Origin: Porphyridium purpureum
Lineage: Eukaryota
Assembly (NCBI GenBank): GCA_008690995.1
Contig: VRMN01000001.1
Span: 434,001 to 498,000 of the forward strand
DNA: 64,000 nucleotides
Reading direction: 5' to 3'
Shown here piece by piece: positions 55,434 to 64,000 of the stretch; position 1 is the first letter of the stretch, and every line of letters starts with the position of its first letter. Position numbers and translations under genes: made by a program. The notes under the pieces are model-generated. The model saw nothing but the letters and a program-made list of their open reading frames with translations, ran no database searches and had not been told where the DNA came from.

Positions 55434-55981
55434 GCTTTCTGGACTAAAGCACGCTCAACGACGACAACGACACAAACAGCAAGCCTCCGATGCTCACTTT
55501 CTCCAACAGCTGCGCGCACCACGAACGGGCTCGGTCGCCCTCACGAACACAAACCGACACACGAAGCTGTCCTCTCACGCACACACACGCACAGCAATCT
55601 TCTCACGCACACACAACAAAGCACACAGCAATCCTCCTCTGTTGCGCTGGATGGGGAGCGGCCCGGGCCTTTGCACTGGGGCGGGGATTATAGATGCGAT
55701 CTTGTATGGAGGTGTTCGGCGCCTACCTTCGCAAAGGTGGTCGTGCGACACTAGGATGAATCCTAGTGAAGGCTGACCGTTACGGCTCTTGCCTACTAAT
55801 ACGTGCTAAGGCAGAGAGCGAGTCCGCCGTCAAGGCCTAGGCCTATCGTACAGCCAAGACTGAGACCCGCTTCCACCCGTCGCACCCTCCGGATCGACTT
55901 ACTCGAACCCCCTTACCCGCAGACTCTCCCACCCAGGCAACCCCAGAGAAACTCTAAGAGAACCTTAGAGCAACCCCAGGT

Positions 55982-55998
55982 AACCAGCAATGATACCA
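55982..55998 (-). promoter_or_regulatory. primer-binding site (initiator tRNA-Met type) of gypsy element
   Basis: Minus strand TGGTATCATTGCTGGTT, 2 nt after the 5' LTR. Confidence 0.8.
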
Positions 55999-56000
55999 AA

Positions 56001-56301
56001 TGTTACCAATGCTGTGCCTTTTTTTACTCTCTGCGTCTTCTTCTTACCTCTTCTGTCTCCGAGCAAGACCTGACCGGCTAGTCCGGGCAGGCGCGTCGCC
56101 TTTTTATACCCTTACTTCCGCTAGGGACAGCAAGGCGCCAAGAGAAATGACAATGCAAACCATTGGCATTTCTGCGCGCGTCTAGAAGTTTCTGGAACCT
56201 CTAGAAGCTTCTAGAAACGGTTAAACGGTCTGACGGTTTAACGGCTTACCGGTTTCGGATTAACCGAACCGTTCTAGGTGACTGGGGTCGAACGGATAAC
56301 A
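56001..56301 (-). repeat. 5' LTR of gypsy element
   Basis: TGTTA...TAACA; minus-strand TATAAAAA at 56108-56101 and CCAAT at ~56166. Confidence 0.95.
56185..56216. promoter_or_regulatory. two heat-shock elements in gypsy U3 (copy at 51014-51045)
   Basis: GAAgtTTCtgGAA and GAAgcTTCtaGAA match nGAAnnTTCnnGAAn. Confidence 0.7.
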
Positions 56302-56306
56302 TACGA

Positions 56307-57124
56307 CTTGCCGGCAACACGTCGGACGCCTAATGTGGCTCGCACGCACGGTAAAGCCCGAAATAGCATACTCGGTCGCATATGTCTCGCGCTTTGTGGA
56401 CAAGTGGAGCAAGGCAGCATCGGCGATTCTCGACCGAATCGTGCGGTACGTGCACGGGAGCCAGGATAGTGTCTTGGAATACGGCAGCGCGGGGCGCCTG
56501 GGAGATCAGGTACGAATAGTCGCCTTTTCAGATAGCGACCATGCAGGCTGTCCCGCGACGCGGCGGTCAACTTCCGGCGGTTGCGTATACTTCTCAAACG
56601 GAGAAGAGAACTACTTGGTAGATTGGTTTTCGAAAGCACAACGGGCCTCGGTATTATCCACCGCGGAGGCGGAACTCACCGCCCTTGGCAGGATCATGCG
56701 AACTACGATTCCTAACGCCGAAGTTGTAATCCGAGGGCTCGTTGGAACGCGCGTACCGCTCGCTGTGTGTTGCGACAGCGAAGCAGCGGTGAAGGCCGTT
56801 CGACGAGGATACTCCGCCAAGATGGCAAGTCTCGGGAAGACACACGGCGTCACTGTAGCCACCCTCTCGGACGCTTTTGATGGAGAAGACTCGAACCTCG
56901 TGTCTGTCCCCGGAATATCGAATTGCGCAGACATCTTCACGAAGCCGATGGAACGAGTGGCATTTACACGTGCTATTGCCAACCTTAGGAAGGGCGCTTC
57001 CAACGATCGAGAGCGAGACGTGCACGGGGCGCGTGGAAAGTTGCCCGTCCCACTCGTCGATGGGCGTGCGGAAGGGCGAGTGCGAACGTACCGGGACGTC
57101 GTGACGGGGATTCAGCGGGTGTAA
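56307..57124 (+). pseudogene. pol: pol of outer element, 3' part: end of RT and copia-type RNase H
   Basis: Removing the gypsy element plus one TSD restores the frame (EVST-TCRQHVGRLMWLART); SDSDHAG, RRSTSG, STAEAE, CDSEAA, ADIFTKP. Confidence 0.94.
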
Positions 57125-57333
57125 TGCGATGTGACTCGACTAGCGTCCCGCCGGATGCCGATGTGACGTGACTCGATGTGGTCAGATTGCATCAACAAGG
57201 ACCCGGCGGGCGTCTATATAGTGGGTGCGGTCGCGCAGAGATGGCAGACGGATAAGCCTAGAAGAAAAGAGAGAAGGTAAGGGAAGGGGAATAGTAAAAG
57301 GGTTCTTCGTTGATCGTTAACAGAAAACCCACG
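57032..57333 (+). repeat. 3' LTR of outer element
   Basis: Identical by eye to 46456-46757; followed by TSD CGCCT. Confidence 0.95.
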
Positions 57334-57836
57334 CGCCTCAGGACAAACAAGAACGAAAGAGACAGCACAAGACGTGCGCGTGTGTGCGAAGCGAGGGAAA
57401 GGAAAAAGGAGCGAAGAGAGGGGGATAAGGGCAAGGGGAAGGATAGAGGGGAGAGAAGAGGACGGGAGAGACAAGGTGGAGGAGGAAACCGGTGGGAGGG
57501 GTGTGGATTCAAAGGTGTTTCGGGGACGCGGACGTGTGTGCGTGTGTGCATGCATGCATGCGTGTATGTGCGCATGAGTGCTTACATAGGTAGAGCATTG
57601 GCGCGGGTGTGGGGCGGAGTGCATGCGAAAGATCTGACTGTGCGCGACGTGTGGGTTTGAGTGCATGCGTGCTCGGGCAGCTGGAGCAGTGGCGAGCGTG
57701 GCGGGTGCATGGAAAGTTCGCGGAGTAGCACGAGCGGTAGCGGAAGAGACAGGAGTGTTGGCTGACGGAGTAGGTACCGTGTGTATATGTTTGGGCGATT
57801 GTGAGTGGGACGCGGAGGAAGAAAGGTACGCGCGGG

Positions 57837-60800
57837 ATGGGATATTTCGCGTCGGGATGGCCGAAAAAGTTTCACGCGCGTGGCGGCGGTGTGCGTGCGT
57901 GCTGGCGCGCCCATGAGGCCCCGGATGGCGGCGGGCGGGAGAATGCGTCGCAAGGGAATCAATCACGGGCCGACGAAGCGGCAGGCGATTCGGCGCGAAA
58001 CGGGCAGGATATGCATCCTGCTGAGCAGAGGTCGCGGGGAAGGCTCTTGCAAGTTGTCGTTGATCCCACGGGAAAGTACCTGCTGTGTGTGAGCAAGCAT
58101 GGATTGTATATATGGAGCGCCGGCTCTGAACGCGCTTTGCTGGCCTCGTACGAAGTGATGCCACTGACTTCTACGGATCAAGAAGATCCGTCAGGTCCTG
58201 CACAGAAGGCTGAAGTGCGGCGCGTGATCACCGCCGGCGGGCGCGCGGTGGATCACACACGTCATCACAGCTCATTCGCCGCTCCATTGCTACCTCACGA
58301 CGAGTTTGTGCGTGCGTGCTGGGCGCCCGAAGGCGATATGATCACTGTTGCGTGCAAGAGTGGGAGCATCTTTTCATTCCGAGCGCATGAACATCAAAAC
58401 CACCAGGAGCAGGTGTCCGGCTTCGCAGCCGCGATGGCCGTCTCGTTCGGCCGGTACACATCAGTACAGGACACACCGGCGGACGGATCCAAGACAGGAG
58501 CTGAAGCGCTGATTATGCCAGAGTCATCCTTTGCGTTGACATTCTTATCCTCAGCACAAATCGGACACGGTGCGAGCGTCACGAGCCTGTGCTCGTGCAC
58601 GAAATCCGTTCTAGTGGGACTGTCTTCGTCCGAGCTCGTACTTTTGAAACTCGGATCGCTGGAGATTCTGTGGCGCATCAGCATGTTTGGCGTTCTGCAA
58701 GAAAAGGACACGCTTGCGCGACTTGGTATTTACCTCCACAGTTCTGTCCTGCAGAACAACCCGCCACTTCGGGCCGCCTTATTCCCGACGGCGCCGACGA
58801 ATGAGTTTGACCCGGGGCCAGAGGCAAATCAAGGATCCCAGAGTGAGGCAGCGTCAGGTAGCAGTTTACTTGGCGCCGTAATAGACCTTTCGTACTGGGA
58901 AGCGCTCAGCCGCGTGGCAGTTGTGTTGGGGTGCGGCATTTCGCTGATCGTGACAATTCACGAACATGATGTGCCCGGAGAAGAAGATCTGAGCCTAGGT
59001 GGCTGCGTGCGCGGAGAATCGTGGCTGCGCTCCGAAGGTAGTGTGTCAGTTGCGATTGAACCATCACGCATGAGTGCGGCGGTGGGCGTCGACAACGGCG
59101 ACATTGAAATTTTCTACGTGGGTGGCCCGTCTGGCGATCGGTGTCCGCTGATGCGCCGCTTTAGTCTGAAAGGCTGGTACTTTGAGCCTCAAGACGTAGG
59201 CCCGGCTAGGCATCTTGCGTGGAGCAAGCAGGGGTCTGCTCTTGCAGTGGGCTGGCAGAAGAAAGGCATGGCTATTTGGTCGTCAAGTGGCTGCCGCTTG
59301 ATGTGGACGCTTCCGCAGATTGGCGGGAGCACGTTGGGTGGCGGGAGGGGTGGGTACTCGTCATCTTCATCTGCGGGCTCAGCGTCGTCTGTGCCGTCCT
59401 CGTCTCAAGCGCAGGAGTATTTAATGGACAAGGGCGTACGGTCATTTACCTGGAGTCCTTTTGGGTTTTCGCTCTGGGCGGTTGAGAATGGTGCTAGCTT
59501 ATGCTCAGAACCAGTTGGAGTGCACGACCAAACACAGCGCGATATCAGCGAGTTCTTTTTTGAATTCTCTCTGTTGCGGGACGGCATCACGGAGAACCCT
59601 TGCCAAAGCGAGGCGAACCGGTTTTCGATGCTCGGCGGTGACCGAATACTGCTGCTTGCGTCATCATTCTTCAAAAGGGACGCCCGTTCCTCACAACTTC
59701 GCGTGGCACAGCGCGCGCCGCAGTCGGGGGCTGCAATTGAGCGGGATGCAGGAAATTGGCAGCACCTGCTGCTGCCCACCGAGTTCAACATGCGGGGCTG
59801 CTGGCCACCAAAAGTACTGGCGATCAGTGATGACGGAAATCACGTTGCGGTAGCCGGTCGCTGCGGCGTGGCGATGTGCCATGTGCGCTCGCAGCGCTGG
59901 TCCGTGTTCGGGGACAGCACAGCACCCAAGCAGCACCAGCTGGTGTGCTGCGCCATAGCATGGGTGGGCAAGACACTTGTTCTTGCCGTGGAGAAGGCTG
60001 AAACAACATACGAGAGCAGGGGCAGCAACAAAGATGGAATTGACGGTGGCGCAGTCGTCAACTATGAGTTACTGTTTTTTCCAGGCGGACGCGTCGACAC
60101 AGCGCAGCTGCAAGCGCGCAAGTTTCTTCCTGCAAAGCCTCGGCTGGTGGACGTGCGCACGGACGGTTACCTACTCGTTGTGTGTAGCCATTCGCTCATG
60201 ATCTTGTACCGAGTGCGCGAGCAATATAATGGCGCGCAGCTTCTCGTTCAGGAGGTTTACCAAATGAGCTTGCCCACGCGTGAGAATATTCGTTCGGCTT
60301 CCGCTCTGAAATTGATGAGCAAGGCGCATCTGGAGCGCATGGAGCCCGGTGGTGGTATTGTTGCGGTGCGTCTTTTCCCGCCTCTTGATCAGGCAACGTA
60401 CGCTATTCTAGCCGCCGCATCAGCAGCGCAGGGTGAAGGCGTCGCACATGTCACGCAACCGGATGTGATCGAGGGTCTTCTTGTGCCCACCAAGGTTCTA
60501 ATTCTGAGAGCAACAGGAAGTCTGGTTCTGCTTGACGTGAAACGCATGATTTCCACGCCTCTCCTCCGGAACATTGAGCATTTGTGGCTCACATGTACCT
60601 CAAACCCTCCATTCCAATCCGTTGCGGACCGCCCACTTTGGTGGGCGTACGGCGATGAAGGCTTGCACGTGTGCTTTCAAAATCATCATGTTGCGGTCAA
60701 GGGTACAAGCGTGAGTGGTTCGGATATGGATATTCCCGGTAGCGTGGGTGCCGCGTCCGCGGCTGTGGCGGCCGGCGTTACGGACATGACCATCGAGCGC

Positions 60801-62288
60801 TGGTTTGATCTGGACCCGGAAGTATATCCTCTGGGGCTGATGCCCGAGTATGGCTTTGTCTTGGGTGCTAGCCAAGCAATGCGCTTCGACCTGGCTGTTT
60901 CTCCAACATCACAGGCGCCGCCGAACTTTACGGTCAAGCTGAAGCGGCAGCCTGTGCTGCACACGCTGCTACGGCACATTATCATGAGCGGCCGGGAAAG
61001 GCACGCGTTGCAGGTTGCAGCGTCATGTACAGACTATCCCCAATTTATGGATTCACTCGAGTGGCTGCTTTATGAATCGGTGCTAGAGCACGACAACGAT
61101 AATTCGCAAAGCGGGAACGCAAGTACAGCGCTTTTCCCGTCCGTGCTCAATCTCTTGCGATACTTTGGTGAGTATGAGGATGTTGTGGTGCGCTGTGCAC
61201 GCAAAATGGACCCGAAACGGTGGCCGGTACTATTCTCTTACGCCGGCGAACCGGCCGCCATGCTCGAGCACTGCTTCAATTCGGACCGCCTTTACACCGC
61301 ATCATGCTTGCTGGTGATTCTTCAGGAGATGTGGGGCTTCATCTCGTCCACGCCCCACTCCCTACGGTTGCTCGAGGCTGCTTTGAATCGCGGTGAAGTA
61401 GATCTTGCGCTCGAGTTGTCGAGCTTTTTGATGAAAGCGGACCGTGCCGGGGTTCTTAATGAGAAGCAAATTCGCATTCGTGAGGACGTCAGCTGGGTGG
61501 AGGAAAACAGTGAATACTGGTCAAAGGCAGCTTTTCATTCACAGCGGCTTGATTCAGGCAAGAGCCGTCGTCTTGAGGTTGTGGACTATTACCTTATCCG
61601 CGCCATCCGCAACGCCATTTCAAAGGTCAAGGTTCGCGATTTAGTCGCAATCTCGGTCAAGTTTAAGATCCCGCTCGCCGAATGCTTGCAGCGAGAGCGC
61701 TACTTACTCGCGCAATCCTTTTTGGATGTAGGCATTGTGCTACTGAAGCTGCATGTGCAGTTTGAGATTCTCGAACCGGAACTCGGCGACGTGCTGAAAT
61801 GCCTCACTGCGGCAGGCATCAGTATTGACCCGGAGGGTACCGAGAAAGCTGATGAGAATAATAGCCAGAGTAACAATGGCGCGCAGGGGGTGGCGGCATC
61901 AAGTGGACCCGTTGCTGCACATGAGCAAGCGGGTCATGACGCGACTGCTAACGGGGTTGTGAAAAGCGCGGTAGAGCATTCCTCAGGAGAAGGCGCCGAG
62001 TTTTCCACGCGGCAGCATACGAATGTGATGAATACCAACCCTGGCAACGTCCACTTGCACGCGCGTCACAATGTTGAGCTCGAGTACTTGGAGAACGTTG
62101 CAGAACTCGCGGGCGCGAGCGAGCTGCTGTTGCCTGTGTCCACCGTCCTTTTGCATGTTGACCGTGTCGTCAAATGTTTGGGCCAGAATCGGAGTGCCAT
62201 TCAAGCCTACGTGCAGAGCGTCGAGCGTCTCAACTGCGAGGGCTACCGCGCGCTCGCGACGGCCTTCCGCGCGAACTTCTTGAACTGA
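57837..62288 (+). CDS. RIC1: RIC1 (RAB6A GEF complex subunit)
   Basis: Start MGYFASGWP; WD-like region (AIWSSSGCRL, VAVAGRCG); VVVRCARKMD...W..LF...GEP...LYTASCLLVILQ. Confidence 0.9.
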   Translation: MGYFASGWPKKFHARGGGVRACWRAHEAPDGGGRENASQGNQSRADEAAGDSARNGQDMHPAEQRSRGRLLQVVVDPTGKYLLCVSKHGLYIWSAGSERALLASYEVMPLTSTDQEDPSGPAQKAEVRRVITAGGRAVDHTRHHSSFAAPLLPHDEFVRACWAPEGDMITVACKSGSIFSFRAHEHQNHQEQVSGFAAAMAVSFGRYTSVQDTPADGSKTGAEALIMPESSFALTFLSSAQIGHGASVTSLCSCTKSVLVGLSSSELVLLKLGSLEILWRISMFGVLQEKDTLARLGIYLHSSVLQNNPPLRAALFPTAPTNEFDPGPEANQGSQSEAASGSSLLGAVIDLSYWEALSRVAVVLGCGISLIVTIHEHDVPGEEDLSLGGCVRGESWLRSEGSVSVAIEPSRMSAAVGVDNGDIEIFYVGGPSGDRCPLMRRFSLKGWYFEPQDVGPARHLAWSKQGSALAVGWQKKGMAIWSSSGCRLMWTLPQIGGSTLGGGRGGYSSSSSAGSASSVPSSSQAQEYLMDKGVRSFTWSPFGFSLWAVENGASLCSEPVGVHDQTQRDISEFFFEFSLLRDGITENPCQSEANRFSMLGGDRILLLASSFFKRDARSSQLRVAQRAPQSGAAIERDAGNWQHLLLPTEFNMRGCWPPKVLAISDDGNHVAVAGRCGVAMCHVRSQRWSVFGDSTAPKQHQLVCCAIAWVGKTLVLAVEKAETTYESRGSNKDGIDGGAVVNYELLFFPGGRVDTAQLQARKFLPAKPRLVDVRTDGYLLVVCSHSLMILYRVREQYNGAQLLVQEVYQMSLPTRENIRSASALKLMSKAHLERMEPGGGIVAVRLFPPLDQATYAILAAASAAQGEGVAHVTQPDVIEGLLVPTKVLILRATGSLVLLDVKRMISTPLLRNIEHLWLTCTSNPPFQSVADRPLWWAYGDEGLHVCFQNHHVAVKGTSVSGSDMDIPGSVGAASAAVAAGVTDMTIERWFDLDPEVYPLGLMPEYGFVLGASQAMRFDLAVSPTSQAPPNFTVKLKRQPVLHTLLRHIIMSGRERHALQVAASCTDYPQFMDSLEWLLYESVLEHDNDNSQSGNASTALFPSVLNLLRYFGEYEDVVVRCARKMDPKRWPVLFSYAGEPAAMLEHCFNSDRLYTASCLLVILQEMWGFISSTPHSLRLLEAALNRGEVDLALELSSFLMKADRAGVLNEKQIRIREDVSWVEENSEYWSKAAFHSQRLDSGKSRRLEVVDYYLIRAIRNAISKVKVRDLVAISVKFKIPLAECLQRERYLLAQSFLDVGIVLLKLHVQFEILEPELGDVLKCLTAAGISIDPEGTEKADENNSQSNNGAQGVAASSGPVAAHEQAGHDATANGVVKSAVEHSSGEGAEFSTRQHTNVMNTNPGNVHLHARHNVELEYLENVAELAGASELLLPVSTVLLHVDRVVKCLGQNRSAIQAYVQSVERLNCEGYRALATAFRANFLN

Positions 62289-63196
62289 TTATTTAGCGCT
62301 GTCCGGCGCTCGGCCGAAGGATCCATCCGCGGTCTGGGCGGCCGAGGCTACGCGGTTGTTTCAATCGCTTTGTCTCTGACTAAAAATAACAATTGTATCA
62401 CGATAGTTCGTCTGGTCCTCGTCCTCGAGTGAGGCGCGTCCAAACCGGATGGCGGCGGATCATTCATTGGGCCAAACTCCAGTTGATTGACTGTAGATTT
62501 GGACCTTTCACAACACTCATTGAGCCTCACACCCTCAATTTACGGTTCAGATCTTTAAGCCGCGGCAAATCGATTAACACCGTATCGGCTACCCGATGGC
62601 CAGTAACCGACAAGACGCGTCACTTCCATCGTGCAACCGGTTGGCCACGACGTTACTCGAAGAGCGGCAACATCGTGGAGACCTGGAGAATATCGGTGTG
62701 TGATACCTACAAGCGGCGGAGTGACGTTCAACGCCGAGTGTGCCCGCCACGGCGGCTGTGCGCAAGGCCATGCGTGCCGGTGCCAGCTGGAAAACTCATA
62801 TACATCGACCCAACATTTTTCTTGCGTTTCTTGGGGCTTTGGCGGGGTCTCTCCTTGCGCCGGTGCGAGATTTCCCCAACTCCCGAAATCAACTGCACTG
62901 TACCTCCGACTCGTCATGGAGTGTACCGTGCGTATGTGGGCTCGCATCGTTTGTATATGCAAACGAGGGCACTGTAGTATGTAAAATTGCGATGGCTCCA
63001 CCGATGGAAACTTGTTGGCGGCGGGGGTTAGGTGGGAAGAACCGGGGAAGGAGAGAAGGAGAGTGGAGAAAGAAGGTGGGAGGGGAGAAGAAAGAGGCGT
63101 TGGACGTGTGTGGGTCGTGTACGGGGGTTAGTGAGGGCGGCAGTGGCGGCGGCGGTATAGGTGGTGGCAGTGGGGTTGAGTCCTTCGTCGGATATA

Positions 63197-64000
63197 ATGG
63201 CGAGTGCGTGCTTTGTGGCTGGGGGTTGGGTGGTAGGCTCGCCGTTGCCGGCATTGGCGTCTGGGAATGAGCGTGTGGCGTGCCGCGCGCCGTGCGTTGT
63301 TAGGCGGCCGTCGGCGGTCAGAATGGTGCTGTCGGAGCAGGAGCGCAAGAAGGTCGTGTATGATCCGAATGTGCCAGACACGCGCGGCAGGTTTGGAATG
63401 TTTGGAGGCATGTACGTGCCGGAAACGTTGATGGGCCCGCTCGATGACCTGCAGAAGGCGTACAACGAGATTAAGAAGGACCCGGATTTCCAGGCCGAGT
63501 TGGATGGACTTCTTAAGGATTACGTCGGACGTCCGTCGCCCTTGTACTTTGCCGCGCGCCTTACTGAGCATTTCAAGCGCGCAGACGGCACGGGACCGCA
63601 GATCTACCTCAAGCGCGAGGACCTGAACCACACCGGCGCACACAAGATCAACAATTCGTTGGCTCAGATTTTGCTTGCCCGCAGAATGGGTAAAACACGA
63701 ATCATCGCCGAGACAGGCGCCGGCCAGCACGGAGTCGCAACGGCCACGGTGTGTGCGCGCTTCGGGATGCAGTGCATTGTGTACATGGGCGCAAAGGACA
63801 TGGAGCGCCAGAAGCTCAACGTATTCCGCATGCGACTCATGGGCGCAGAGGTCCGCGCTGTGACTTCCGGTACTGCCACGCTGACGAACGCCCTGTCCGA
63901 AGCCATCCGGGACTGGGTAACAAACCCAACGGACACGCACTACATTGTGGGCTCTGTGGCTGGGCCACATCCTTACCCAATGCTTGTGCGCGACTTCCAC
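63197..64000 (+). CDS. trpB: tryptophan synthase beta subunit with plastid transit peptide (runs off the window; absent from ORF track)
   Basis: [57 protein letters not shown]; start MASACFV. Confidence 0.97.
   Translation, partial: MASACFVAGGWVVGSPLPALASGNERVACRAPCVVRRPSAVRMVLSEQERKKVVYDPNVPDTRGRFGMFGGMYVPETLMGPLDDLQKAYNEIKKDPDFQAELDGLLKDYVGRPSPLYFAARLTEHFKRADGTGPQIYLKREDLNHTGAHKINNSLAQILLARRMGKTRIIAETGAGQHGVATATVCARFGMQCIVYMGAKDMERQKLNVFRMRLMGAEVRAVTSGTATLTNALSEAIRDWVTNPTDTHYIVGSVAGPHPYPMLVRDFH

Larger units (their letters stand above)
50830..56301 (-). mobile_element. apparently intact Ty3/gypsy LTR retrotransposon nested in the RT region of the outer element
   Basis: Identical 301-bp LTRs TGTTA...TAACA, TSD TACGA (50825-50829 and 56302-56306), PBS, PPT, gag and pol. 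Confidence 0.97.
46456..57333 (+). mobile_element. LTR retrotransposon with copia-order pol (IN-RT-RH) and gypsy-type gag/PR, interrupted by a nested gypsy element
   Basis: Identical 302-bp LTRs, 5-bp TSD CGCCT (46451-46455 and 57334-57338), PBS TGGTATCA, gag and pol motifs. Confidence 0.96.

Noticed and set aside
57214..58164. 316-aa minus-strand ORF, and ORF 46638-46973
   Set aside because: Spans LTR and low-complexity RIC1 leader in antisense; no motifs
62300..63000. Possible transposase remnant or small gene
   Set aside because: No DDE motifs, terminal repeats or TSD identified
63128..64000. 290-aa minus-strand ORF
   Set aside because: Antisense shadow of trpB

Overview
Gene-dense, nearly intronless, GC-rich eukaryotic nuclear DNA. 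Compact intergenics, '(M)xxFV' transit-like N-termini and a nuclear trpB suggest a unicellular red alga such as Porphyridium (inference). About 20 host genes are present: SLP phosphatase, ARM+STE kinase, double-BRK protein, SSXT, ESF1, RPN10, acyl-CoA oxidase, ABC ATPase, TVP38, P450, L2HGDH-like, degenerate exonuclease/Ycf45-like protein, TrhO-O-methyltransferase fusion, PFKFB, TAF1, RIC1, partial TrpB and several unknowns. There is also one intron-containing tRNA-Ala(AGC). Positions 46456-57333 hold a nested pair of young LTR retrotransposons. The outer element has a copia-type IN-RT-RH pol but a gypsy-type gag and protease, a -1 frameshift signal and non-canonical CG...CG termini. The inner element is an apparently intact Ty3/gypsy element with two perfect heat-shock elements in U3. 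Top leads: the chimeric CG-ended retrotransposon and the TrhO-TrmR-like fusion, a candidate single-polypeptide tRNA 5-methoxyuridine synthase. All calls come from reading motifs by eye; no searches were run.
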